NCBI GenBank assembly: GCA_017499595.2
Contig: CM038999.1
Span: 1,736,001 to 1,800,000, forward strand
From: Psilocybe cubensis
Lineage: Eukaryota
DNA: 64,000 nucleotides
Direction of reading: 5' to 3'
The notes below the pieces were generated by a model. That model did not search any database and was not told where the DNA came from. It saw nothing but the letters and a program-made list of their open reading frames with translations. Positions 1 to 14,988 of this stretch are shown here, piece after piece (within the stretch, counting starts at the first letter, position 1; every line of letters begins with the position of its first letter). Made by a program: the position numbers and the translations under genes.

Positions 1-2297
<2,297 letters not shown>

Positions 2298-2818
2298 ATG
2301 GTAAAACCCACCCAGAGAACCTATGTACTTCCAAATTCGACACACGTTCTCTCACTTCGAAATGTTTGAAAATACCTATATTAGTATTATTTCCAACTAA
2401 GCGACGAATGGTGGGCAGTATCTATTCAATTTCAGTAGTCTTCTGTTATCGCAGGTATATCAAGCTGATTTTCGGGGAATTTTCTTCTTATATTACATTT
2501 TTTCCAGTCAACGTAATTTTCCTACAAAACTTGAGGATAGTAAGTAGTAAGTATTGCGGAAAAATATGCTAGCTTCATAAAGGGGACTGCTGGAATTCAT
2601 GTAAACTGGGACAAACGTATCTGACTTCAACACATATCCTTGTTCTGTCAGTTCCCTATTCACAGATAACGGATGAAGAATATTGTAGGTACATCCTATT
2701 GCTTTCACCCAGTCTCCGTGGTGACAATCGTTTTCAACATCGCGCTTGAGATGGCAATTGTTAGTTGGACAAATGAATGTATTAAATTACAACAAAATAA
2801 GATACGATGTAGTACAAA

Positions 2819-4767
2819 TTAAATGTCTTCATCAACATAATTTGCCATAGGGTCTTCAGTCTGCCGCCGTGACATGCGGTATGCCTCTGCAGAAAGATCG
2901 TCAGATATCGCATGATTCATAAATATTTACGAAGCCTCACCAAGTTCTTCTTCGGTAACTTCATGACTACCGCTTTCAAGACTGCTTTTAATTTTTTTAT
3001 TTGATCGTTCGTCGTCTTTTCCTCCTCTAGCCTTCCTCTTCTTTTCTTCCAGGACGGCCTGTGCAAGCTTTCCTTGGTCGAGTTTGATATCTCCCTCTCC
3101 AATTCGCTTCTTCGAGTAGTTCTGATCGACTTTGGCCGGCTGCGTTTCTTGTGCTTCCGTTTCTGGTATTTTTTCAGACTTTTCGGTGATAGGAGGAGCG
3201 TCTGATGTCGAAAGCAAGTGTTGTGCACTTGACGCATAGGCCGCTTCAATCCCGGCCTTGCCAGCGCAATAAGACAGGTGAAGAGTAGAGTGACAGCAAG
3301 CATATCCCCAAGTCCCCGTCGATGTGTCGTACCAAGAGCCCCATACGGCCGTGTGGTTGTTGACATAAACTATGAAAATTATGGGTGATGCTGAACGCAA
3401 GTGTGAAAGAATGGCACATACCGTCTTCAGGATATTTCGATCGAGCCTTCGCCTTTTCGCGTCCTTTGATAACTTGACCTGTTCGAGAATATTCTACATA
3501 ATTTTCTGTTTGACCCAGACGGAGCTCCTTCGGCGCGGAATCGAGGTATTCAGCCCCTCCATATTTTGCCAGAATACTGGATTTTGTTGTGTCTTTGAGT
3601 TCTTCCTTCTTTTGCTTGAATTCATAATGCAGTAATTCTCCCTGAGTAGGATTCGCGTTGAGATGTACGTCGTTACCTCGAGCAGCCGCTTGCCACGCAA
3701 ATAATTGAAGGTCTTGGACTTCAGGCGCTTCGCCCGAATAACGGAAAAAATTATCACCCGCAAACTTTGCCTACGCTCTCGAGAAATGAGCAAATAATTT
3801 GGTGTATTGGGATAGAACTTACGTCTTCCGCTGGAACATTCTTGAGAGGAGCATCTCTCATTGAACGTGTTTTGGGGTCGTAATAGGCACTGTCTGGGTC
3901 CAAATTGATCAAATATTTAGCTGTATCTTCACGAATACGTAGGTTTCGAACAGTAATACGAGTTTTTGCGTCCAGTTTCTGGCCAACGGCGTCTGCCGCG
4001 TCTGCATATTTATCTTCATCCGCATCTTCATCTTCACTGGATCCAAAGTCGGCGTCTACTTTTGTTTCAGATTTTCCAGCCTTGGCAACTTTACGAACGG
4101 CTGCCAAATCTGTTGTTGTTTGATTGTCGATTTCTTCCTCCCGTAACTTCTGCCTGGCAGCCTCCACAGCAGCATATTCTTCATAAACTCGCTTGTGTTC
4201 AGCAGCATCGTACCCATTCCAACGATCACGTTTGGCGTCATATCCTGCTGAAACTTCTTGAATAACATCGTCTGCTTGAATATCTTTGTTCGTGTACTTT
4301 GCTCCTTTTTTCCGTGGCCTCTCCAAGCAATCTCGTTTCTTGTGAGTCATGGCACCACAATTCTCGCATGCTCCTTTACGAAACTTTTTAGCGGCAGGTC
4401 CTGCTTTTGCTCCTCTGTCGTACCAATTGTCAAGTTTACTTGAAGAATCGTCGTAGTCCGGTCGACGTTGGTGGTTTAGAGACGGTGCCCCAGTATCGAG
4501 ATACCATGGTGCTTGGGAGATATATTCTGTTCAAAGAAGATTAGAATATAGTGAAATGAACAAGAGTTAATTGACATACGTGGAATGTGTGGATTGATAG
4601 GACGCCCTTCCTCGTCAAGTGCAGCCGGTGCAGTGCCTGCTTTTCGAGCGGCATCGAGATCCTTCTGTCGTCTGAATTCCTCCCTTGACAACTTTCCTAC
4701 AGCTGAGGAGATGTTTAATGGATATGTTAGGCGTGAGGCGTGAGTACATACCCGAAGACGATGCCAT
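2819..4767 (-). CDS. SLU7: Pre-mRNA splicing factor Slu7
   Basis: [38 protein letters not shown], zinc knuckle [71 protein letters not shown]. Confidence 0.95.
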
Positions 4768-5156
4768 TGCAGAACGTTATGAGTGCAGAGCAAACTTTGA
4801 TTCTCAGGGATCGTTTGAGTTTGAGTAGGTGGTTGGTAGGCGCAGACTCTGCAGTTAATACATACATTTGAGCGTACAGTTGACCCGTGTGACTGTTGAT
4901 GTCACGTGAGTTTACTTCATAAGTTCATATGATGTAAGACTTCTTCCCGTTAGCACAACTGGGATAGGCAAACGGTTCTGGAACAATTCTTCGACCGACT
5001 GAATGTGCGGAAGTTCAAATTGGCCTTGTAGCCTCAGTGGTACGTTTATACAGGAATATGCATCTTCTTGAAGAATTTTCTTGAAATATTATGATATAGA
5101 TCATTCAGACTGCATATCCGAGTCTATTTTGATTTCTACAGCGTCAGTGCCAAATT

Positions 5157-8100
5157 ATGTCGAAGCGCAATGCAACATCAACACCTGCAACCAGGGGGAA
5201 AAAGTCAAAATTGAGCAGCAGCCAGTTTCAGCTTGATCACTTTTTCTCGTCTACCAAATCCTCGGCGACCTCAGAAGCTAATCTCTCCGCCTCTCCACAG
5301 TTTGTTCAAGGCAGTTCCAACAAGGATATCCCATCAAGAAAGGCTGTCTTTGCGAATGAGACCATTATTGATGTTGATGCATTTGACTTGGATGATCCTG
5401 CAACCTCAAGTCTTCAGCCAGTGATATCGACAGGTCCGAAAAGTAATGCTTCGAAGAGGCAAAGCCAATCCCTATTCGAATCTAGGATTGAGATCCGAGA
5501 ATGGAAAACAAACTCTATTGGCGATGTCAAAAAAGATACCTCGACTCCCAATGTCAAATGTAGAAATGGTCAACGGCATATCGATCCTAACGAATTTCTG
5601 CCCATTGACGTTGAACCTATCGACTACAGCGCCGACCAACAGCCTTCAGATTCACTCGACGCGCCCTACTCTCTGCTAGTCCATGCATTTATCTCTCTCT
5701 CGGAAACACGGTCACGAATTGCCATCATTAATATTTTGACCAATGTTTTGAGGACTTTGATCGTCAAGCATCCAACATCTCTTCTCCCAGGAGTGTATCT
5801 CCTGTCCAACTCCCTTGGACCTCCCTTTGTTGCATTAGAACTTGGGCTTGGCTCCTCTGTCATTTCAAAGTCACTAAAGCAGATCTCTGGATTAAGTGGG
5901 ACGGCTTTAAAGAAATTATACAATACAAGCGGCGATCCAGGCGACGTGGCCTACGCGGCCAAGTCCAAAATTCGAACTCTCGTTCCTCATCCACCTTTGT
6001 CTGTCCCGTACGTTCACCAATCGATGCTGAAAATATGTCTCTGTAAAGGCCCTGGTGCTGCCAAAGACAAACAAAAGATTGTAGAGAAACTTCTTCTCTC
6101 CGCTATCGGTGAAGAGGTTAGGTACCTCACTCGGACGCTCTGCCAGAACCTCCGTGTTGGGGCAGTCAGGACATCCATTCTTACTGCTTTAGCCCGAGCT
6201 TTTGCGCTGACTCCGAGTCCTGCTTCCATCAAGGGCCCTATTTCTGACACGGATGCAATCGACTCTTTGCATGTACCTCCTACGTTGATTGCGGAACTTC
6301 GGTCTTCAGCAGTATCCAAGGGTAAAAAATGGCTTTCATCTCAAGAAAGATTATCCATGATGTTTAAACGCGCTGAAAATTTGATCAAGCAGGTGTATGT
6401 CAAACACCCAAGCTATGATCGAATCATTCCGGCACTGCTGCAAAATGGACTGGATACTCTGCCGGAGGCTGTTCCTATGTCCGTTGGTAGGTTTCGAACT
6501 CTCTCTCTCTGATGGTGTCTTATCGTAGCAGGCGTTCCCCTCCTACCTATGCTTGGATCGCCCACGCGTTCTTTGGATGAAATATACGAAAAACTTGGAA
6601 ACCTTCCTTTCTCTGCAGAATTTAAATATGATGGACAGAGAGCGCAAATACATGCCTCTACTAAGCATACAAACGATTATGAAATCAAAATATTCTCGCG
6701 TCATATGGAAGACATGACATCAAAGGTGAGAATGTGGTATAACTTATCAATCTTCTCGCTCAAACTAGTTTACAGTATCCAGATATTTTGCAATTGATTC
6801 GGGATATGTTTAAGCAACACGCTAATTTATCCTCCTTCATAATGGACGCCGAAGTTGTAGCCATCGATCCGAACTCAGGAGAGCTGAAGTCATTCCAAGA
6901 GTTAGCAGGGAGGGCACGCAAAGACGTCCAACTTAAGGATGTTCGAATTGCTGTCTGTATTTTTTCATTTGACCTAATGTTCCTGAACGGAAAGGTGAAC
7001 TCAGTATTGTATTGGGTGTACGTCTCCATTTACTCCAGTCATCAGTCTCTTTTAGGTCATAGTTTCCGGGAGCGTAGAAAAATTCTTCAAGACAATTTTT
7101 CTACCCGTAGGAAATTGGGACCAAGCCCAATGGTAGCGCAATTTGACTTTGTCAAGAACTGCGAAAGTGAAGAAGGGAGAGAGTCTATCGAGGAGTTTAT
7201 GCTGAGTGCAATAGAGAACCGGTGTGAGGGGCTCATGATCAAGGTATAATTATAATTTTTTTCACTTCCTAGACAGTGTGAACGAATAGTCTCCCAGATT
7301 CTCGAGAAACCAACTGTTACCGAACCGGCGAAAGAGAAGCAAAGCAAACACATGACCTTGCTTTCAACTTACGAACCCGACGTTAGGACATTAGGCTGGT
7401 TGAAGTTAAAGAAGGATTATATTAAGGGTATTGGCGATTCTTTGGACCTTATTCCCGTCGGTGCCTGGCACGGTAATGGGCGAAAGGCTCGATGGTGGAG
7501 TCCCGTACTTCTGGCACTTTGGAACCCAGAAACAGGACGACCAGTCGCGATGTGCAAATGCATGTCAGGTTTGTTCTGTATTGTATCTTCTATCTTGTTC
7601 GATTCATGTACTTTAATAGGTTTCACAGACGCATTCTATACAGTCAGTACTTAGTAAATGCATTACGACCACTCCAACTAATGCTGTCTTTTGTCAGACA
7701 ATGATGCAAAACTATGCCCCGAAATCTGTATCGTGTTCCACACAGCCTCAATGGGAATGCGACTTTGGAGGTAAATTCACCTATTCTTTTAGTGGTCCTA
7801 TATCATTTCATTATCTACTATCTAATTCGCTATGTAGCATTCAAACCCGATGTTTATTTCAAACCTCATGAAGTCTGGGAAATTCGTGGCGCAGAGTGAT
7901 TACTTTTATTATTAGTGTAATCACGGCGACACTCATTCATTAATTCTCCGCGGCAGCATAACTGAAAGTCCAGTATCAATTGCGGCGCAGGGGATGGTCT
8001 CATCCGCTCGTGGACTGAGCTTGCGCTTCCCACGTTTTATCCGGGCTAGAGATGACAAGAAAATAGAAACTGCGAGTAGCCCAACGTTCCTGGCAAATAT

Positions 8101-8224
8101 TTGGAGAAGCCAACGAGGGAAAACTGACACGGGGAATGATAACTTTGAATTGGTTGACATGCATGCCGAATCATCCGAAACAGAGGATGCATTAGAAGAC
8201 GAGGAGAGAAGTTCTGGGCCCTAA
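5157..8224 (+). CDS. ATP-dependent DNA ligase, LIG1 family (probably the Adl1-like paralogue rather than canonical Cdc9)
   Basis: Motif I EFKYDGQRAQIH, CEGLMIK, WLKLKKDY..GIGDSLDLIPVGAWHGNGRK, motif VI SLRFPRFIRARDDK, N-terminal DNA-binding domain (ELGLGSS..GDPGDVA). Confidence 0.9.
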
Positions 8225-8576
8225 TTCTCAGGTAGAAGTTCAAGTTCTGCCTATTGGAACTTCAATCTCATTACTAGCCATATCATCATCAATATAAATC
8301 AAAGCCGCACTACTACATTGTTTTACCGCCCGAAAAACTCGAAATATGCCTGATGACATTGTAATCGAGGCTCAAAAGTCACTGTATAAAAACATCATAA
8401 GTCGTCTCCCCTCTTTCTGTGCAAAGCACAAAAAGACCCAAGTTCAAAAGGCACTGTAAATAACATGATATCACCTCCAATCGTTCTGTGCAAATATCTT
8501 AATATGTTATCATCTAATAGCTATAAATAGTATGTATTACGTAACAAATGTCTTGTAAGACAAATAGGGCCCAATA

Positions 8577-8597
8577 ACGCGTGCATGTTCAACGCGT
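8577..8597. promoter_or_regulatory. Pair of ACGCGT (MluI/MCB-like) elements upstream of the RNase H2B gene
   Basis: ACGCGT at 8577-8582 and 8592-8597, about 80-100 nt before the ATG at 8678. Function is inferred only. Confidence 0.35.
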
Positions 8598-8677
8598 CGG
8601 TCGGTAGACAAATTGACCAACCATCACAACCACCTCACCTCAAGCAATTTTCAAGGCAGTTGAATACCTGAAGCGAC

Positions 8678-10053
8678 ATGGCAACCCATTTCTCAATATT
8701 GCCTTCAGGTCAGACCTATTTTGAAGAGACCATGCTATCTTTTGCTAAATCCTGAAATGTAGAAATTATTCGCTATCTTACACTGAGTCTGAACAAGGAA
8801 AACAACGCGGCAACAGAAAATCCTTTACGTCTCTTAAGACTTCCCCATCCACGGACAGGTATGGTCTAGGATATATAATTCAAGTTCTGAATAATAACGA
8901 CTACGTTCAGGATTGCTGTCTTTGTTCCTACCCTGTGAATGGTTGCCTACATCACTACACGATGAAAACGGCATTCAATCAACTCTCCTTGAAATACAAA
9001 CGATACATCCTCCGGACGAACGATCATGGTTTCTTGAAGAAGAAGTTATATCCAGTGCATATATGAGCTTCCTTTCCAGCTCCATTGTAGCTGATCACCA
9101 ACGTTCCAGATGGAAATCTACTCATGATGACACCAATCGATCCTACATTCATTTTACTCCCTATTTTGCAACTTAAATACGTGGTATGTCGATGATTTGG
9201 ATGGATTAACGCTGCTACAGCTCATACTATTTGTTATCAGAACAATGGTAATACCTCTCAATTTAGAGCTGCCGATGACTTGCTTGAAGAGTCAGTCAAA
9301 CAAATAGTTGATACCGCTGTGCCACCAAAAATACAATGCCAGGACCTCCTTGACTTCTGCTCCCTCGTTTGCACACGAAAATCCTTAAAAAATATTTGTG
9401 ATATTAAAGGTTGGAGCCATTCATGTGTTCGGAAACTGTTCTCACAAAACCCTTGCAGAAATTTCATCCGATATTGTTGTCTACCGTTTCTCTCCACAAA
9501 AGTCATTGGACCATATACGAACCAAAGTATCACACTTGGAAAAATGTGCGGCTCTCGATAAATCGAAAACCATAGTGCGTTCTCTTGCTAGATATGGCCT
9601 TATGGAAGATGGAAAAGAAGAATTGCTGCAATGTAAGTCGCCAAATATGGCATGTTCGGAGAATACCTGTTTCACCTTTTATAGTGGGGCGCACTCGGGC
9701 ATGTTGTGATCTCGTTGCGCAATACTTGACTCCTCTTATGCGAGAAACCGTGATGGCTTCTTATAAGTGAGTCCCTCTTGTGGCCGAGTTAATGACGTAT
9801 TGACCTATTCGTTCTTCGTAGTTTCAGTAAACTTCAGAAATATCTAGATGCGAACGCGCAGGACGTAGTTGCAACAGTTGCATCTTCCTCTAAATCGAAG
9901 GGTGGACTTAAAGAAACAGCCAAAGAGAAAAAAGACACGACAGCGGTAAAGAGAAAACCTGTTGGCAAAGCTTCGCGAGGGATTGAGAATCTGAAAAAGG
10001 CTAATACTATCAACATGCCCAAGTTGACTAGTTTCTTCGGTAGTAAACCTTGA
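8678..10053 (+). CDS. RNH202: Ribonuclease H2 subunit B (Rnh202/Ydr279-like)
   Basis: LRLPHPRTG, RSWFLEEEVISNGNLLMMTPIDPTFILLPIL (spliced), C-terminal PIP-box-like MPKLTSFF. Confidence 0.8.
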
Positions 10054-10282
10054 TTTCAATAGCTTTGTAATGGCGGACGTTGTGACGCGCTTTGCTAGTG
10101 GTAAATTCAAAGACCTATTGAGCGAGTTTTATTCTGACTAAGCTGACAGTCTTCTCTTGCTTTCAACTTTCACGACAAGCCTTTGCAACACTTTGCCAAC
10201 TGGATCACCTTGCGTCTTTTCTCTTCGTCTTTGTGAATACTTTGTTCTGTTGGCTTTGTCTTTGTCTAGTGTGGCTCTCGTC

Positions 10283-12630
10283 ATGTCTCCCCATTCTCGA
10301 TCCAAACTCTATATCTCTCGCGGCATCCAAACTGACAATGATCTCTCGAGGCAACCTCCTCGTTGTCACCCACAATGTCTGTCGTCTTTGGACTGTATTA
10401 CCGCACAAGAATTTGCGCTACCCTCTGCGGACTTCTCCCCTAAAAGCATACGCAGCCAGATACTAGATACTTTTGCGCACGAAGGCGCATATACTTGCTC
10501 TCAAGTCTCCGACTTTCCGGAACGCCCTTTTTCCTCTTCGTTCAAAAATCAAAAGTATGCCGGCCTGGACTCACATAGACCCTCTAATCACCACCTCGCC
10601 CCAAAGCGCATTTTATCTCTTCCAGGCCCTTCTGTTCATGATGTCAAGTTTTTGGAGAGGAACCAAAGGATCGTGTCGATGCCAGAATTTACAAGATTCC
10701 AACTATTAGAACTCTCGAATAATCTACACAAAAGCCAAGGGAGCTCGTCTTTTTCATCTGATGCTAGTCGTATCTCTCCGGAACCTGATGGACAACAATG
10801 GCCTCTAATAGGTCACAACAAGATGTACCCTTTGAGTATTCCTCAGACACCTTCTCCTCCTTCATCTCCAGAGTCGGTTGTAATTATTGGAAACGAACCT
10901 CGTGTATCTGGTGCATTCCTTCGTCGTTCTTGTTCCGATGATGACAATGGTAGATACCGTCTACGATCTTTATTTGTCGACTCCTGATAATTCTTAGGCT
11001 GGGTTACATGGGCAAGTTCGCCTCCTCGGCCTATTCCTGCTCTACATGGGCCACTTTCCCTCCCATATGCTCGTTGCCCTTCGTAGGAGTATTTTATTTA
11101 ATATATCTTGGTGCTTCTAATCCTTTTTATAGAGGAGCTGAAGGCACCGTAATCGAAGGCGATGATTTGTCGCACAAGATCTGGGGACTTGGTACAGGGG
11201 ACACCCAAAATAATGCGCATACATCTGGCAAAGCCGAAATACAAAATCAAGAGCCTAAAACTTTTGCCATGCATACTAAAATACCCTGTCACGATACACG
11301 TCAGTTGGCGTTCCAGCATCCAAGACTTAGTGACGACGTGATAGATTTATCAACTATACCCTCAGCAGCTTACAGTGGCTACCAAACAGCACCCGCCACT
11401 TTCGAACGCTATCTTGCCTCTTCACGCATTTCCCATCCTTGTTTTCAGCCAGGCTTGGGGCACCGAGGTGAACATAGCAATTCCAATGACTCGAAAATAA
11501 CTACAGGGGTACTATTCTCGCAACGCGTTGCAAACTTGTGCACCAAAAGGTATTATTATGATTCTGCAGACATTGTCGAAAACTCTCGGTCTGGATTAGA
11601 TCTTTCCAAACCTACGACGGATAAGGCTACAAGTCAATTCGTTGGAAGTACTCAGAGACGGTTAAATAGGGCCGCTCCAGCCTTTATTCCCAGCATGGGT
11701 TGGAGCTCAAATGAGTCCCACATCATGCAAAAGGAAAATGACCCTTCCACGTTGAACCATCAGTTCATGCGACGGGTTGAACTAAGCCAACAATGTGCTA
11801 TTGAGCTGCCCACCCCTCCGAGCACTTCTTCTCCCCGCTGGTCGCCTGTTTTCTCGCATCCCATCGACATAGAACTTTCGAGGGGCGCTTGTGGAGATCC
11901 GAAGATATATTCTCCTCAGCCAGACCTTGACGACTACTCAAACAAACTCATGTCCATGATACAGCAAATCAAGCAACAGGACCTGATGAATTCGTCGAAG
12001 AGGCATTCTCTAGATGTTGCTCGACAAACCAGAGAGCCTCTAGTACAGAAAGGCCTTGTTGCCAGTACAGCCAACAAATACCACCAGGAACGGTTTCAGG
12101 AAGATCCTGGTAGGACCAATGTATCGCAACCCCCTTTAGACATCAGGCGCAACCTCTCTCAACAAAATCCTCGTTCTATTCCCCTTACTCGATTGATTCA
12201 ACGCAGACTGTCGTCTGTACCGGAGGAAACCAACGGCCCGACCCAAGTACAAACCATACGACCTCGCGTTTCTCTAGAACCATTGATTTATATATCTGCC
12301 ACAGAACAATTGACTAGAGGGACAGTTACGTCGACTGCACCCTCAGTACAATCTAGCACCGAAACTGTAGATGTCCAACCGGAGGAGCAAAATCCAAACG
12401 CAATTGTTAAGTTACCGCATAGACGTGTAGGTCTCCGTGCAGCTCGAACATTAAGTGGACCCTCGAGTAAAGCGCGGGCCGGAGGCGTTTCTAAGAAAGA
12501 AAAGGAGGAAATTATCAATGGCGAAAATGACAAACCGAATTCAGAAATCACACCTGAGAAAGGAAGAGCCGGGCAAATGAAGAAATCGAAGGTAAACGAG
12601 GATAACAAGCATAAACACTGTACTCAATAG
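10283..12630 (+). CDS. Uncharacterised Ser/Pro-rich, largely low-complexity protein
   Basis: Two long ORFs joined by introns near 10950-10998 and 11083-11132. Spliced segment WVTWASSPPRPIPALHGPLSLPYARCPSGAEGTVIEG; motif RSIPLTRLIQRRLSSVPEE. Confidence 0.7.
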
Positions 12631-12808
12631 CTTTTTCGTTTCATTCTTCTTAAACCAAGTGTAAATGTTGACATGATTAAAGTTATTAATTTGCATCGTT
12701 TCAGCGTTTTGTTCCCAGGCAAGGCAGATGGGATATTTTGGAATACATTGGGTGATACATTGATGATGATAAGTACGACATCAGCAGTGCGGAAACCCTA
12801 TCGAGGTC

Positions 12809-14771
12809 TTATGCCTTGACAAACAAGTCGGTGAACTTGTCTACAGGAAGTTTGGAGAGCGATTCGGCATCGGACACAGTTTCCAAAATCCTGAAGCAAA
12901 GAAAGTTTAGTATCTACTTTGGATTTATAATTGGTAACCGTACTGGGCTTGATGAGCATCGTCATAATGATACGAAATGTGCCTGAAGAACGTATATGAA
13001 AACGAGAGTAACAGAAGCCAAAATAAAACTACCTCTTGAATTTATTGATCAATAATGGTGTACCCTCTGCTCGGCGCCTCTTGTGCCCAACAGGGTATTC
13101 AATTTCGACTTCATCAAGAACAGTTCCGTCGTTGAGTTCAACCAGGAGAGCATTACCGATCGAACGCTTGGCAGGATCGTGATAGTCAACGCTGAAGCGT
13201 TTTTCTTCTACGCAGTAGATCTTCGAACGGAGAGCATCAATTCGAGGATCGGCGGCGGAGGCATCAGTGCTGGTTAAAGATCATTATTGAGAGATAAATG
13301 CAAATAACCAATGTCCTTACTAGCTCTCAGAGGTCAATTCGCCAAAGATCAGGGGGTAGGCGACCATGTAGTTGATAGCATGGCTGATGGGCCTCGTTAG
13401 ATACCGGCCTGTGAAAAGAGAAATTATGGAACGCACTCGCGGTCTGCAAAGTTGTCCAAGGGGCCTTGCTTGTCAATAATCCTAATAGCAGCTTCTTGTG
13501 TGCGAATGCGAACACTCTTAATATCGTCGGAGGACTTGCCCAGCTCCTTCAGCTTATTGTGAAGGATATGAGCAGCCTCGACCGCAGTCTGCGCATGGAA
13601 CTCGGCAGGGAACGAAATCTTGAACAATACATTCTCCATGATATAGGAACCATAAGGGATCTGGAATTTAAATGGTTTACCCTGAAAATGGCATGTCAGA
13701 AAAGCTGCGATCGATTATTGCTAATTGATACCTTGAACAAAACATCGTAGAAGCCCCAAGTTTTGGCGGTAAGAACTGATGGGAGACCCTTCTCTCCCTT
13801 TTTCACCATCAAAGCAAGATTTACAGCACGAGAGCAAGCATCACCAGCGGCCCATGCTTTCCGAGGGCCTGTGTTGGGAGCATGGCGGTAAGTGCGCAGG
13901 GATTGTCCGTCAACCCATGCTTGAGAAACGGCATCAACGGTCTGATCGCGGGTCAAGCCGAGGAGTTTGGAGACAACCGCTGTGGATGCGACTTTAACTA
14001 GAACAACGTGGTCCAGACCAACTCTGTTGAAAGAGTTGAGAAGAGCAATTCCTCCCTGGATTTCATGGGCTTTAATCATAGCCTCTAGGATGTCGTGCAC
14101 GGATAGGGGCTGGCCTTGCCGGGCCAGATGATCCGCGACAGCGAGGATAGCGCCAAGATTATCAGAGGGATGCCCCCCTGAGCAGAGGAATCAGATAAAA
14201 TTGTAGGCGGGCTGTGAAACAACAACGTACATTCTTCAGCCAGGAAGCAATCATTGAAGTCGAGCCATCGAATAGCTGCACCGATGTTGAAAGCACCTCG
14301 AATGGGGTCTAGTTCATAATTGGTACCCGGTACACGCGTTCCTACGAGTGCATGTTATTAATGTGCATACAAATGCACAGGGTAAACTCTACCATTTGGA
14401 ACGACCGTCCCCTCAACAACCGGACCAAGAAGCTTGGTGCATTCGGGGAACCTCAATGCCTCGAGCCCACAACCAATCGTGTCGATGAGGCAGAGCCTGG
14501 CTGTTTCGAAAGCGAGATCCGAGTCTACTTTGTAATTGTGCACATAGTCGGCAATATCCTGGAGAACCTTGTCGGGTTCCGGACGAAGTGTAGATTCTCC
14601 GTGATGAGTGGAAGACATAGGGCGAATTGAAGATAAGGAAGAAAGCAGAGTGGTGGATGCGCGGAGTGCCGGCACAGATGCCCTGGTGGTTGTAGCAAGA
14701 CGCGAAAAAGAGCGGGGCACAAGGCGACGACGAGCAGCTGGGATGCCTGCGCGTGTAGCAGTGGATAACAT
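12809..14771 (-). CDS. prpD: Mitochondrial 2-methylcitrate dehydratase (PrpD/MmgE family)
   Basis: Arg/Ser-rich transit-like N-terminus; [92 protein letters not shown]. Confidence 0.95.
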
Positions 14772-14988
14772 GGACGACAACGGACCTTGGGTTGGACCAC
14801 TTAGCGAGCGCACGATATTCTCCGCATTTATGAACCTCGCGAAAGGGGTGCCACGTGATTCTGAATCTGCTCTTCCCCGGACCCCAGGTTCCCGTTTCCA
14901 AAAAAATCAAATCAAATCACAGATCGTGACAATGACATTATTCATCCGTCGGCTCCTCTGAAAGTCTTCAAGCCATTATCCATACACC

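Noticed and set aside
2340-2760. Short ORFs between the convergent PEX1 and SLU7 ends (e.g. 2508-2708 minus)
   Set aside because: No recognisable motif and no coherent start or splice model; probably UTR or terminator sequence.
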